From NCBI RefSeq assembly GCF_000485595.1, contig NW_014577074.1, forward strand, positions 743,110 to 798,851: DNA of 55,742 bases. Reading direction: 5' to 3'. Made by a program: the position numbers and the translations under genes. Source of the DNA: Priapulus caudatus (taxonomy: Eukaryota). Positions 37,445 to 52,454 of this stretch are shown piece after piece (position 1 is the stretch's first letter; every line of letters begins with the position of its first letter). The notes beneath the pieces were generated by a model that did not search any database, was not told the DNA's origin, and saw only the letters and a list, made by a program, of their open reading frames with translations.

Positions 37445-39137
37445 CTGCAAAAGAAAACAAGAATGCTTTGGTGAGAAACATATCACAACCACACTGGCCT
37501 CGTTACTACATCAACCACGATATACACCTATGCATGTTGGGGCATCTTTCAAGTATAATTCTGCAAACGCACGCGCATACTCAAGCAGACTCCCGCACAT
37601 GGACATAAACAAACAAACACACTGGCTTTAAGCGCTTTCCCTGTGGGTGGTCTGTGACACTTTTAGGCGAGAAGGCTCTCAAAAATCATTTGCAGCCGTC
37701 TGTAGACTAAGAAAATAAACAGGCGAATCACTTGTACTTCTTAAGCAATGTTCGTACAACTGCCTCTTCCACAGAGGCTGTCGTATTTGGGTGCTCCTAG
37801 TTTATATTCCCTACAGCCGAGATCGGTTTATTAGTATTATATACTGAATCACAACCATGCCAATGATACGCCAAATATAATATCAAACGTAATTGTTATT
37901 GCATTATATAAACATCCATGTTATTCTGGCAGCATACCATAGTAAAATTGCTTTTCCATATTCTGATAAGTTGGTGTTATAGAAAGAAAAATGAAACCAA
38001 AGTTATATGTACTGTTATTATATATATACAGTATTTCTTATAGCCAAAATTACAAAGCCTGGGGCCATGTGTAAGAATTTCTGTAATTTGTTTGCATTAA
38101 ATGTTAATAAACAAAATAACTATATTTGAAACACACTGACAAAGAATTTATAAACACATCATAAGATTTTATTTGCTATTGTATCAATAGTTCATATAGC
38201 GTCATGATCTAAGGTAATAACTAATCAGGAGACTAAATGTATATATTGCTTTTAACATCTACCGCCGGTTTTAAAATTGATCCTTGCTATAGCTAGTTTA
38301 ATTTCTCATTCTGGAGTATCCTTCACACACATGAAAATACCAGAATAACTATACAAACTTCAATATTGTAGCACACGTAAAATTTATAAAACAATCTTTC
38401 AACATTACATATATAAGCTATCTACATAATATGTAAATCTCGATCATAATAAATACTATCAATTCATAAAACCAGTGTGCACTCACGTTTGTGTAACCAT
38501 TTGTTCTAGGGCTAATTAATATACACTCACACATGCACGCAAGTGTATGTCAAACAGTTTTGCATGTATATATTATNNNNNNNNNNNNNNNNNNNNNNNN
38601 NNNNNNNNNNNNNNNNNNNNNNNNNNNNNNNNNNNNNNNNNNNNNNNNNNNNNNNNNNNNNNNNNNNNNNNNNNNNNNNNNNNNNNNNNNNNNNNNNNNN
38701 NNNNNNNNNNNNNNNNNNNNNNNNNNNNNNNNNNNNNNNNNNNNNNNNNNNNNNNNNNNNNNNNNNNNNNNNNNNNNNNNNNNNNNNNNNNNNNNNNNNN
38801 NNNNNNNNNNNNNNNNNNNNNNNNNNNNNNNNNNNNNNNNNNNNNNNNNNNNNNNNNNNNNNNNNNNNNNNNNNNNNNNNNNNNNNNNNNNNNNNNNNNN
38901 NNNNNNNNNNNNNNNNNNNNNNNNNNNNNNNNNNNNNNNNNNNNNNNNNNNNNNNNNNNNNNNNNNNNNNNNNNNNNNNNNNNNNNNNNNNNNNNNNNNN
39001 NNNNNNNNNNNNNNNNNNNNNNNNNNNNNNNNNNNNNNNNNNNNNNNNNNNNNNNNNNNNNTAACAAATCTTTTATTCGATTTTGTCCAAAAATTGTTAC
39101 TCCATGTACATGTACAATGTTTTTCCATGTAAGATAG

Positions 39138-39197
<60 letters not shown>

Positions 39198-39729
39198 GGC
39201 ACGTTACCAGTTCTTCACCGACATCTCTCTGTCTAAATATAAGGTCATGCAGAACATACATTGCGCTTGTTTTCACTTGAATATAGTAACACTCAATTCA
39301 TTCGCCTGCCATAGTTATTTGATCTCAAACATGGCACACATTTAGCGATAGCACATGTCATGCTGTCAAGTCGTGCAGAGTTATTCTTGTAACACTCAGG
39401 ACTACGAGACTAACTTAGGTGGTAGCATCAGAATGTAGATCTATGTAGATGTAGAGCTTTGTTGGAAGCAGGCATGTACTGCCCGCTCTCGTTTGTTGTG
39501 TCATTCACCATTCTGACGCATCTAATCTTGTCGCAAAATTGCAGCGATAAAACTACAGTGCATCTACTGTGGATAAATAATGTCTGCAGGGTGCGATTCG
39601 AGGTTTTATGGACATGCATTGACTAGATGCTTGCTCCACGGCACAGTTCTGTACACGTACCCAATCAATCGGCGCGTTCCGTTGCTTCTACTGGAAGCAG
39701 CCGAAATTCATTTGATTTATCCTGAGGTA

Positions 39730-40269
39730 CAGTAAACACCCGCATAAAAGAACCCGTGATTTTCTGTTTCAGGCTGAAGAGGTTCTTATATATATGGTAC
39801 ATAGTGAGAAATCAGCCTGAAGAGGTTCTTAAAAAAGTTCTTAAAATTTTTTTTTGGGGGGAGGGGGATATATTGTGTACATTATCCAGGTAAAATTGGC
39901 TTTAATTAGTAAATAATTGACACTAATTAATTAACCAACTGCTTCATATTAGAAATTATATGTCTGTTTAAATTCATTTGAGTTCATTTATTTATCACCT
40001 TTAATTTACTTAAATCATATTAAACACAATAAAAGGTCAAATGCTGTGAAAATTGATTTGGCTAAGACTAATAGTAGACAGTTTCCAATGGTGTAGCACA
40101 CATACTTGGATTGCCCCAGTTTGCTCTAATTTTCGGTATTTTTTTTTTTATATAAGAACCTGTTCAATTTATCAGGCTGAAGAGGTTCTTATATAATAGG
40201 TGCTTTATTGGTCCAATTTCAGCATGGAGGTTCGTAAAATCACGGGTTCTTTTATGCGGGTGTTTACTG
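39730..40269. mobile_element. Tc1/mariner-superfamily (pogo/Tigger-like) MITE
   Basis: Perfect 34-bp TIR CAGTAAACACCCGCATAAAAGAACCCGTGATTTT, TA on both flanks, internal repeated motif TCAG(G/C)CTGAAGAGGTTCTTA three times. Confidence 0.9.
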
Positions 40270-41480
40270 TAGTGTTATCGGAATAACTGATGTTAGCTAT
40301 ACATGTGTGCTACTGCTGAAAGTGTTCCATATTTGTGAAGAGAAAGAGAGAAAAAATAGTGGCTAATATTTAGGTAAAAACGAAAAAGAAACAATGGATT
40401 TCTTGATTGTAGAAAATTTTACATACAAAATTCTATACTTAGAATATTGACGACATTTGGTTGAGTGTCTTTTCTGTGTACATGATCCTATCATATACGC
40501 ACTAAGTAAAAAGAAGCTGGCCATAATACTCTCACGCATTAGTAAGAACTCTGTCACGAGTGAGCTAGGGGCTCACTATCACATATATGTATACCCATTC
40601 CCGTCTCTCTCTCTTCTCTCTCTCTCTCTCTCTCTNNNNNNNNNNNNNNNNNNNNNNNNNNNNNNNNNNNNNNNNNNNNNNNNNNNNNNNNNNNNNNNNN
40701 NNNNNNNNNNNNNNNNNNNNNNNNNNNNNNNNNNNNNNNNNNNNNNNNNNNNNNNNNNNNNNNNNNNNNNNNNNNNNNNNNNNNNNNNNNNNNNNNNNNN
40801 NNNNNNNNNNNNNNNNNNNNNNNNNNNNNNNNNNNNNNNNNNNNNNNNNNNNNNNNNNNNNNNNNNNNNNNNNNNNNNNNNNNNNNNNNNNNNNNNNNNN
40901 NNNNNNNNNNNNNNNNNNNNNNNNNNNNNNNNNNNNNNNNNNNNNNNNNNNNNNNNNNNNNNNNNNNNNNNNNNNNNNNNNNNNNNNNNNNNNNNNNNNN
41001 NNNNNNNNNNNNNNNNNNNNNNNNNNNNNNNNNNNNNNNNNNNNNNNNNNNNNNNNNNNNNNNNNNNNNNNNNNNNNNNNNNNNNNNNNNNNNNNNNNNN
41101 NNNNNNNNNNNNNNNNNNNNNNNNNNNNNNNNNNNNNNNNNNNNNNNNNNNNNNNNNNNNNNNNNNNNNNNNNNNNNNNNNNNNNNNNNNNNNNNNNNNN
41201 NNNNNNNNNNNNNNNNNNNNNNNNNNNNNNNNNNNNNNNNNNNNNNNNNNNNNNNNNNNNNNNNNNNNNNNNNNNNNNNNNNNNNNNNNNNNNNNNNNNN
41301 NNNNNNNNNNNNNNNNNNNNNNNNNNNNNNNNNNNNNNNNNNNNNNNNNNNNNNNNNNNNNNNNNNNNNNNNNNNNNNNNNNNNNNNNNNNNNNNNNNNN
41401 NNNNNNNNNNNNNNNNNNNNNNNNNNNNNNNNNNNNNNNNNNNNNNNNNNNNNNNNNNNNNNNNNNNNNNNNNNNNNNCT

Positions 41481-41528
<48 letters not shown>

Positions 41529-44500
41529 AAAGTCATCATAGATATCTAATATGATCGCAACAAAACTCGTGTCTTCCGTATATTCTCAGATTAGGACCAA
41601 TGTTAACTGCCACTCATGATTAATTTGAACTTGAACTCCGTAACTCACAGGTTGCCATGGCAACCCCATTAACGGAACATGTCTCCTGTCATACACGAGG
41701 AGTTGAATGTCAAACTGCAGAGTATAGTGGCAAGGCTGAGAACATATATATATATGTAAGTGTACAGAGCGCTAACAGTAATCAGTTAACGTACCTTTGT
41801 AACGACGTACGTATATATACCTATCAATTATTATGACATTCAGTTACAGCTATTCAGAATATAACGTAATACGGGTGCAATCTACGGTCTGAGCACATTG
41901 CCCATTCTTAACTTCTACATGAGCACGCTGAAGATACTGTTCAAGCATTTACCGCTATCAGGATTAAAATGTACATTTACTTTGGTTTTATATTCAAAAT
42001 GACAAGTACTGTACCATCAATGACAAGGCAACCAATATTTACGTAATAATATTCTGTACCAATGCACCAACTCGCTCGCTATTTGGGGGGGGGGGGGTGA
42101 TTCAGATACATGTGCGGACTACGACGCACGGGCACAAAAATAATTCAGAATAGCAATAAAAACAGGAGCATAGCAACTCTTCGGGTAACAAACCAAATAT
42201 TTGTGTGTGGAGGTAACACTGATGGACATTTTTATATATATATTTTAACCTTTTTTCATACTAAACATATATTCTCAAGAAATCAACATTGCAGCAGCAT
42301 GGCACGTAAACCCGTCCCATTATGATCGTTTTGCAAAAATATAAATATAAAGTGATGCGGGGACTACACAACGATGGCACAAATAGGTGAATCTATGTAC
42401 AGACAGTGTACAGAAACAATAACGTACGCGGAGTAGGTGCTGTTCCATACTACCTGCTTGATACTGGTCACAACTTCATCTACAGGAATTTACTCCAGGA
42501 AAGTGTCATTGATTCTGTTGCTCTACCAGTACACATACATGCCCACACTGCTTTTTTTAATTATACAGAAGAACACAATTATACCTTCTATTATCAAACA
42601 GTGATCAATGCGTAAATCTGCAATATTAAAATGGCTGCACCAATTGCTATGGCAACGGGGTCATAACTCTCACTGCAGCCATTACAGAGTAAGTGGAAAA
42701 TTGTGTTACACGGGTCTGGGGATTCAATGTTTGCGTTTCCTCCTCAGAACATTTAAACAGTGCAAATGGCCAGTCCGAGAATAGCCGGACCGAGCCAACC
42801 TCTGACAGACGTGTAGAAAATCCACGCTTCAACACTCACAGTTCACATGAAAATGAACACGTCGAATATCTGTAATCAAGATAATATTAGGACACGTCTG
42901 ATCGCTAGTATTAACTCACCTGCTTGCGTTGTTACCTGTTAGTATACTATGTAATAAGAAGACTGTAACAAACCCTGCACTATATAATAGATGAGACATT
43001 TTTAAATTTTGGATGTATTTGAGAGATTATTGTTTATAAATTTCTTTACTAAATTTCTAAACTCGAAACCTATGAATTCCTGAACTACTCCAATGACAAG
43101 TTCCTACTTGTATGTTATGGCAGCTATCATGGCACAAAAAATCTAGATTTCAGTGTTCTGTTAAACAAAAAATCCCTGAACACACTCCTGTGATCAAGAA
43201 CCAATAGCCATTAACGCCATACCCCCAGCGCCATACCTCCTCAGTGCCATGCCGATTGGTTCAAATGAGTAGAGTAATACTGACTCAACCCTTCTGCGTT
43301 TGTGCTCAACAATGATTGATGTAGTTTTAATCAATGCTCTCATAGTATTTTAATACTACCTTTTTTGTCATAGCGATATGAGTGAATCTAGGCCTGATAT
43401 ACAGAGCTCTGTATGTCAACTGGGAACACGGATAAAAGAAGCTAAAACCAAATGGTGGTGAACTTTTTTTAACTTGGTCTAACTAATGTTGCTGTGCTCG
43501 ATACCAATGACCGAGTGGGGCAAACACGTTAGATTCCCTTTTGAATGCAAATCGATGAAAAACAATATATAACTTTAACTTATAAGATATCAGCCATCAC
43601 CCTCAGAAAGACAATGTTACGGTTACGGAAGACATGTGTGAGCAATGTGAAAACATTGGTCCAGAAATGACTCGGTCAAGTCAGGGCCTCCTGGTACCAC
43701 TGTGAAATTTGGCACGCTTCTTCCATTTAAAACAAAGCACTTTCAATTTCACGCAAGTTTTAAAACCCCACTGAGCTGGTACAATCTTACGTTGCCCACT
43801 CCTGTCAAGTACAGAGAATGAACTAATTACGTTACTCAATTTCATGCACATATATGGAATAGTAATTTAAACGAGAAAACTCGTGCAATAGCAAGTAAGT
43901 GGCAATGCAAATTTTTCTACTGACTATACAGAACACTAATGGAATCTTTGGTTCTCACCTGGATTATACCTTACTATAGGCTACACATGTACGCATACTT
44001 TTAGACAAGTAAATACTGCCCCCATGTAAGGCAGCATTAATGCTCGGTCCGTTATTGATCGCCTATATATATATACACTCAGATACCCTACTCACAGTCA
44101 CACTGCATTTCCTGGCTAAGCATACGCTTTTCTTCTAATTTCTAAATTAACAAATCTTTTATTCGATTTTGTCCAAAAATTGTTACTCCATGTACATGTA
44201 CAATGTTTTTCTCTCATGTTAATAGTATTTATAGTATTTAGATCTTAGTATTTATGTAATATACTGATGTAATAATCTGTCTTTTAGCAGCATTACAAAA
44301 GTTAATCATTTGAACTTATACTTATATATAAAATATTGTACAAAAATATCAGCAACACACACATATACTTTTTTTTTACAAGATTTTACATGATTCTCTT
44401 CATCCCAAGTTAACAAGTGCCACAGTGTGACAGTGCTTATCTGATGTATGTATGTATCATTACTATCATACCAATGTGGTTGGGGAAGAAGAGGGGGGTG

Positions 44501-44915
44501 CAATCACGGCATTTGATACTGAATAGCCATGTTTGTATATTTTACACTCAATTATTGCAATAAAAATTCCTATCCAATCTTTTAGACAATATGTCTGGGA
44601 TTGCTTGCCAAGTGTAAAAGCTAGATAAAAAATATGGCAGCGCCCATCGTTTGTCATCATGATTTTGTGATAAGTCTAGGTCCTTAGCGTCGTTTATCGC
44701 ACAAACAAAGAGAGGGAAATTCTTTTAAGCCTTGGTATGCATCACGATCGCCAAAAAAGCTGGCCCCTACGGATTTGCGTATTACTGGTACCCAGGAAAC
44801 CATACTTGCCCATCTGTTGTACATCGAGAGACGCAGGTCTATTACACATCCTGCATTGCAATAACAGGCATCATATGCGTTTTGCGTGCTTATTTTAATA
44901 ATTTTTTATTATTTT

Positions 44916-44966
<51 letters not shown>

Positions 44967-47900
44967 CTGATCTGAGGTACGAAATGCATCTCATACAAAT
45001 AACATTTAAGGAGCTTACAGTAATCTTATAGCAATAAACTAAATTCAAGTTCTCGTGTTTTCGCGAGCATTCTCATATTTTCTCAACCGCACTCCAAGCG
45101 TAACAGGTTAAGTGTATACAGTAGGGTTAACTTGTCTCACACACCATTTTTTCATTAATATTATTATATATGTATATTAATATTATATGTATGAAAAGGA
45201 CAGGTCAGCACTGAAACAAAAAAGCTTTTCATTCAGTTCGTCAGGCCGTACCTCCGAAAAATTTAAAGTTACTAGTCCCGGACTGGGAGGGGGGAGGGAT
45301 AGGCAGCTATTTCTAATTCTGTTTTAAAATCTTGAACTATGACTAGCCAGTTAACATTTATCTACAAACTCACTGTAATAATAGATTCAGAAAGATACAA
45401 TACTACTAACTAGTTATATTACTCTATTTATGAATCTGCTTCTCTTATTTCTGTTCTGGCCCCACCTGAATCAGTGTCACATTTGTCAGCCTTCTTAATA
45501 TTAAATAGAATGCTGTAAGAAATGTCGAGCACTGTGTAGATCTGTCGATTATCTACTCACCTGTCAGCTCCCTACCGTATATAGATCTCAAGATGGGTTT
45601 ATCATTATGAAAATACATGACCACAATCTAAAATCACAAATTACTGTACCTAGCATTACGCCACACCATCGCAATTGAACAAGTGAACAGAACAACGGAA
45701 TTATGCCTTCTTTTTCTAATTATACCTGGTCAATCTTCTATGTAATGTTTAGCACCGCATTCGTGGACACACACTTATGCACATCAGGATGAATTCTAAT
45801 GGGAACGAACCCTTCAAAACCTCGAGTATAGCAAAACGTAATTTCCAGTTTCTACTGCAAGATGAAGAGCTAGCTACCCCACGGTACAGTGCCGGTTATG
45901 TAAATTTCCCTTGGAGGAAAAATGATTCTAATTCAGAGCCGTCACGATTCAGAGATCAACTTCAAGTAAAAAGCTTGCCTCTTAATCTCCTGTGCATATA
46001 TAACCTAAAATCTGCACGACAGTAATATCTGTCGTGCAGACAGCTAAATTCCAAAAATAAGTAGACAATTAAAAATCGTTTGTGCAACTAACTCATGCAT
46101 ACGTGTGCATACATATCCAAAACCTGCACGACACGACTCGTACATGCGACTTCTTAGCGACACCACATATGCTCTCGCAACTGTGAACGCTGCTGTATTT
46201 CCATTTCTGCATCTTCCCAACACTGCCAATATTTAACAGGTTGCCATGGTGACTGCCTATAACCGAGTGTCAGTGATTCTCTCTGCACAGTGCAGCAGCT
46301 AAGCTCTATATATATTCAGCCTACAGTGCTGTGACACTTGTACAGTACAACAACGGAATTAGCAGTGACGGCAATATCACCATGGGGAAAGGTAGCAAGC
46401 ATTCTGTGGTTAGCAGCTGTCTCTACGATGGCACGGCACTATGAGTGATGGGTGACTGCATGGCCACTGACAGCTAATAAACATACATGTACCACACATA
46501 TATACCACCATACCACGTACACTGAACTCACATCACACGCCCTCAGCCACTACACGTACACGGTTTATATCGTTCTACCCACGAAATGAACAATATAACT
46601 ATTCATTTAGAGAGGGTGAAGAGGTATATGCTCACAGATTTTGTTGATGAAGGGGAAACACGTAAAAAATGTGTTACGTGTAGAAATACAATATAATACG
46701 TGGTTTTTCTGTGAATGCTCTTCACTTCAGTCTTCACTACATGTTATCAATATGGGCGTGGCAAACACTACTGCGTATGGTACGCAGATCTCAATTACAA
46801 TTTGAGACCGTGTTGAAAAAACTGCATGTCTGAATCTTTAATTGAGAGATGAGTCTGATATATAAACAGCAATCTTAGCAGACCTGTTTTTCCGTTCATT
46901 GATAATATAACCATTACAGTTCGCAAACCATGAATCTGAGGAACTACATTTAACACCAGGTAAATAATGTGTTAGGTTTCACTTTGAATGCTATTGCTAA
47001 TATTGCTATACATATACTATATAGTAATTAGCTCTCATTCTGTTTTAAAATGATCATCTCTTAAATAAACCGAAAAATGCATATATATGTATAGACAAAT
47101 GAGGTATTATCTGTTAGCTAACATTATTACTGATTCCTACAGCATAAAACTAAAAGTTACTACGAATTTGTGCTGGTATAGGCTATAGAGCAGCAAAGGA
47201 ATAGAAAATACGCGCTTGCGACTCTGTATAAAATATCTATATACTGCTACAAAATAAGTGCAAGTGTTTACGTGACGTAAATTGTTTTAGACTGGTACCT
47301 ATCTCGCCGTGTAGACAAAGGTAACATATTGTAGACAGGGTATGGGTCAACGGCATCTCCCGAAAGCCAGAATCACGTGTTAATAATGTTGGCATATATG
47401 TAAACAAATCTAATTTGAAATGCTCTTGAAGCGCACATGTATGCGGGTAAAAAAAATCATGTGCGAGTGTTTTATGACATGTTACCCTTAATATAGGCCT
47501 ACACTTGGTGTTACACAAGGAGTAGGCCTACCAGTAAACTCAGAACACTGTCAAGAAAATATGAAAACGGTTGGGAAAACATGTGAAATCCTCGTTTTAA
47601 AGCGTGTATTGCGAGAATTTTCCAGTGTTTTCCCCGCTTTCATGATACCTACCGTTATTGCTTGAGTAACAGCAATTGTCTAGAGTAACGATAAAATGTC
47701 TTAGATACTTCGTATTCACAAAATCCAATGAAATCATGCACGATTACAATTTTGCGTTCTGTTTCTGTTTTAATACCGTTGCCACCTCTCGAATTTTCTC
47801 GCAGTAGCGCGAGACATCTATCACGGTGCAGCAATGCATACCACGCACCTAGAAATCAGGTCAGAGTGTAAACACAGACGTTCATACTAGCGTAAACAGC

Positions 47901-48349
47901 AGTGTAGTACTAATCCCACGTAAAGTCTGTTATTAGAGAAGCTTGTGGATTGCCAGTCAGATAGTAACACGGGAATGACAATGACAGAAAGTGCTCTGAA
48001 TTATTGACATAAAAACTCAATAATATTTACCAAACAGAATTGCACGCCCTTTTGTTTTAATTATGTTCGCTTGTTTGAGACGCCATTTGTGATTTTTGAG
48101 TTGTGACACGATAAAATTTATTGCTGGTATGATGTGGTCAAATCAATTTTTCTACGCTATAACTGCATAAAATCTTGCTGTTTTGAATGTTGGTATAATC
48201 AGTGATATTTCCACTGTCAGGTGAGACTATATTCGGCTATATTTAGTTTTTCCGAGCCAAAAAACTCGCAATAATCACTTTAATATAGCTGTGATCTCTT
48301 TACTTATTTCTACAAAGATTAATCCTTTGGCAAAGTATTGCTGATACTT

Positions 48350-48480
48350 GTTTTTACCTCCGCCCAACAGAGTTGGAGGAGGTTATGTTTTCGCTCTCGT
48401 GTGTTCGTGTGTTCGTGTGTTCGCGCAATCGATATTAGCGCGTCAAGGCGTATGGCGTATCGGTATGTCGTTGGCGGTCG
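48350..48480 (+). mobile_element. 5' part of a Helentron-associated (HINE/DINE-1-like) element
   Basis: T-run, then hairpin ACCTCC..CCAAC AGA GTTGG..GGAGGT, TATGTTTTC and a short (GTGTGTTC)n microsatellite; the architecture resembles HINE/DINE-1 5' ends; other end not located. Confidence 0.45.
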
Positions 48481-49640
48481 ATCGATATCACAATTTGAAT
48501 GTAAACCAGCGATTTACCTAAAAAGAAAATTAGGCCTATGTGATGCGATTATTTATCCCTCGGGTGTTAATAGCATTGCCCATGAAAAACTATTCCACCT
48601 AGTCAGCTACACGTGATCTCTGCCACAATATAATTCTACCCAGCCCAGTTTCAGAGCTCTGATGCAAACAAGACGCCCAGGTGAACCTGAAACGGAGCAA
48701 ACAGATGCAAAACAACCAGCACATGTATTTCGATGACGTAATAATATGTACATCTAATGTCAATATATCAATAGGGCTCTGCAAAACAATAACTGTTTGC
48801 ATCTTGGCATTAAATCCATACGCTTTTATGCTGCTGGCAGGCAATCCCACGGGCTATGCCGTGCAAACACGCTGATGCAGTGAATTACCGAATGACGCAT
48901 TCGACAGAAACAACAGGCGACACGTGACAAGCGCACAGATCGCTACCGTTACTAGCAACGCTTCAGATGCCCTCATGATGCACAAGAGCAGAATCTGCTG
49001 GATGCAACACCGTCTATTCTACACATCGTGCACTTTAAGGCGCCAACAATGGTTTTTGAGCCGAGACCCAAAAGATTTTTTTTACATTTTGGGTTTTATA
49101 TATTTTTTTTTATTTTTTATTTTTAATAGTTAAGACTGAAACACAAACCATGTGTGGCAAACATGAGGACAGACTTAAAATAACTATTATGCCTCACAAA
49201 AAAATGACCTACCTACCCACTAAAAAAATCATGGGTCGGGGGACAGCAAACATATAATTTTTTAATGATGGCCCGAGTTACATATGTGCAGCCTCCCAAC
49301 ATAAATCTATTATATTTGGCATTGGGGATTGATTCAATGATAGACAAAATCGATTTTATGTGAGAATTGAACATACTGCTAGTCTGAATACAAAGACTGC
49401 CACGTGCAATGCTCGTCATTTTCCCCAGTTATTAACGCTTGCTGTTTCAAAGGGCGTTTCCACCTGGGCTTATGGGGACATGTATGTGCAATGATAATGT
49501 ATACACTCCCGCACACTCACTGACTCAGTTATTGCTGCTGCCCTCATTCCACCACCCGCCTGCTACAAAGTGAACGATTTCACACCCGTGCTGCCTGATA
49601 CAGCATGCCCGGGTTAGTCTCATTCAGATGTACTTGTGTA

Positions 49641-49643
<3 letters not shown>

Positions 49644-49730
<87 letters not shown>

Positions 49731-49872
49731 CGTGTATGTGCGTGTGTGTGTGCGTGTGTGTGTGTGTGCGCGCGTGTGTGTATGTGCGTGTGTGTGTGTG
49801 TGTGTGCGTGCGTGTGTGCGTGTGTGCGTGTGCGTGTGTGCGTGTGTGCGTGTACGTGCGCGTGCGTGTGTG
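49644..49872. repeat. (TG)n/(TGCG)n microsatellite
   Basis: Direct reading. Confidence 0.95.
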
Positions 49873-50337
49873 ATTTCACGATCAGATGTAGGAAAAAGAC
49901 TGTAGGAAAAAATAAACGTGACAGCTCGTGTGTCATCAACATAAATAATATTATATGCTATATATATATATATATCAGGAGTAGATAATAGGGAATTAAT
50001 AGGAAATTCTCTATTATCTACTCCTGATATATATATGCAGTTCGTACCCTGCCTTGCCTTTCATGAGTCACACCTTGCTAACGCTCACGTTGGAACTAAA
50101 CGTAATTATAATATGGCAGTAGTCCTTAAATCAGATACTGAAATAGTAATATTTATTATCATTTCAGCAGTGCATCTGTACACTGTGTACGGAGGGGTGA
50201 TTTCACACAAACAAACCGGGGGCAAAAATAGCCATGAATTTTCCTGCTATGTATATATACACGAGTAACGGCGTGCACAGACCCAGAGCCAGCGTGCCAA
50301 AGGATGGGCAGCTGTCCTCCACGCTGCACTGACTTAT

Positions 50338-50660
50338 ACTGCTGCTGGCTGCTGCTGGCTGCTGGCTGCTGCTACTACTGCTGCTGGCTGCTACTACTAC
50401 TGCTACTGCTGTTGTTGCTGCTGCTGCTACTGATGTTGCTGCTCCTACTGCTGCTACTGCTGCTGCTACTACTGCTGCTGTTGCTGCTACTGTTGCTACT
50501 GCTGCTGCTGATACTGCTACTGCTGCTACTGATTCTGCTACTGATTCTGCTACACTGGTACTGCTGCTGCTGCTACTGATACTGCGAAAATATTGCTGTT
50601 GCTGCCGTTATTGCTGCGGCCGCTGCTGCTCTGCCTCTGCTGCCGCAACCGCTGCTGCTG
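50338..50660. repeat. (CTG/CTA)n microsatellite
   Basis: Direct reading. Confidence 0.92.
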
Positions 50661-51678
50661 TACACAGGTAGATCTGCTAACATGTATCTGCTGGCCTGGG
50701 TACTGTCGACGCGAAGCAGGGAGACTCAGTGAGAGCAAATCAATGACCTACGTACGCCTCTCTCAGCTTCACGCATAAAACTGAACATGCCGCCGAATGA
50801 CGGAGGTGAAAATAAACAGACCGATTTTTATATAATGCAATTCACTGAAATCAGCAGGTAGTATCTGTTGTATGTTACAGTAGCCATTGCAATTATATTT
50901 TTATGGCTAAAGCTATTTTTACGTGGCCTTTTCTGAACAGTTACGGTTTCATGTTAAGAGACTTACAACTCAATCGCAATCAACGCGATAACACATCAGA
51001 AGGAAACCATTACGATTTAACATTAAAATTACCATTATTCTTAAATAGAGGCCATTCTCAACTACACAAACAGCTCATCATACATACGTCACGCATAACA
51101 TAGAAATATTCTGTGTAAATAATACTAAATATATGTGTACGCGGCACGAACCCGGCTGTTCCAAGCACTGTCTGTACGCACGTCGGCTCTGTAGTACTTC
51201 TGAGTGGAATCTAATTGTATTAGGCACATGAACTACAGCCGTGTCGGCTAATTGCTATGTCAATTTCTTCTACACCGGGCTCGGCCACTCATCTTCCTGG
51301 GTGCTGCCACGCGCCATCCTGGACATGACACAAGGCTCTGCTTCCAATTGCCAATGCCCCGATAACCTACAGTGTAATAAACATAGGGGCCGGGCTCATT
51401 GGCGTGCTAAATTTGGTACCGAGGCTAAGGAGGATAATATAATGTCTTGTTTATTGGTTTGCGCTGAGCCTGCAGCTAATCATTGCCGATGACTCTGTGA
51501 GTGCACATGAGGAAGGACGATTGTGATATTCGATAGCAGCCACTATCACAACCACAGCTACAAGCTTGCCTCTCGTATCCCACACGTTTGTTCCTTTGTC
51601 GTGTAATGTACCGTAAGGTACGGGGTAAGGGGTTGAACTTGTATTTGTTGCTCGGATTGAACACGGACTCGATACTAA

Positions 51679-52329
51679 AGCCCGGCGCACATTGCCGAAC
51701 ATTTTGCTCAAAAACATTATCGTAGCAATGTTCCATGAAATGTTCGGCAATGTACGGTGAAAAAAGTCGCCGAACATTTTGCTCAAAAACATTATCGTAG
51801 CAATGTTCCATGAAATGTTCGGCAATGTTCCATGAAATGTTCGGCAATGTGCGGTGAAAAAAGTCGCCGAAAATTTGTTCCGAACAATGTTTCTGAAGAT
51901 CGGAAATGTTTGATATCTCGAACATTGTTCGTCGCATGTTCGTCAATGTGCGCTGAATGTCGAACAATTCTAGGAACATTTGTAAAGTAGTAACCAATAG
52001 CAGCACGATATGTGGTCACATGATTTTTGTGTACAATATTATATGGCGTCTGCTATATCGCTGCCAGAAGTGTGGACTTTTGAAAAGGAAGAGATTATGG
52101 TCGAAATGTATTATGGTAAAATTAGTAAAGTTGTTAAAATTCTCTTGTACAAACTGGGCATCGCCATTCACGCCGATCACGTGACTCTTTACAACACAGC
52201 TACTAGACGGCGCCACGAGGTTGTTCGCTGCAAAATGTTCGGCAATGTGCGCTCAGCAATTGTTCACCCGCACACTGCCAGACAAAAACATTTGTTCGGG
52301 AAAAATGCTTCGGGCAAGTGCGCCCAGCT
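51679..52329. mobile_element. Probable PIF/Harbinger-type MITE with internal repeats
   Basis: Imperfect TIR AGCCCGGCGCACATTG / AGCTGGGCGCACTTG, flanks TAA / TAC; internal tandem duplication (about 51694-51875) and many GCCGAACA/TGTTCGGC motifs in both orientations. Confidence 0.6.
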
Positions 52330-52454
52330 TACCAGACCACCATCTAACCAGACGCAACCAGTAACATATCCCTGACGCCCCCCCCCCCGCTCGCTCTCTA
52401 TCTCTCTCTGTCTTATATGCATATATTATTATATATATACTATATATATATATA

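Noticed and set aside
49035..49275. Kolobok-like MITE (related CCTACCTACCC motif also at 55576-55742, inverted)
   Set aside because: Motifs are suggestive, but I could not define matching TIRs and TSD, and the second copy is cut by the window edge.
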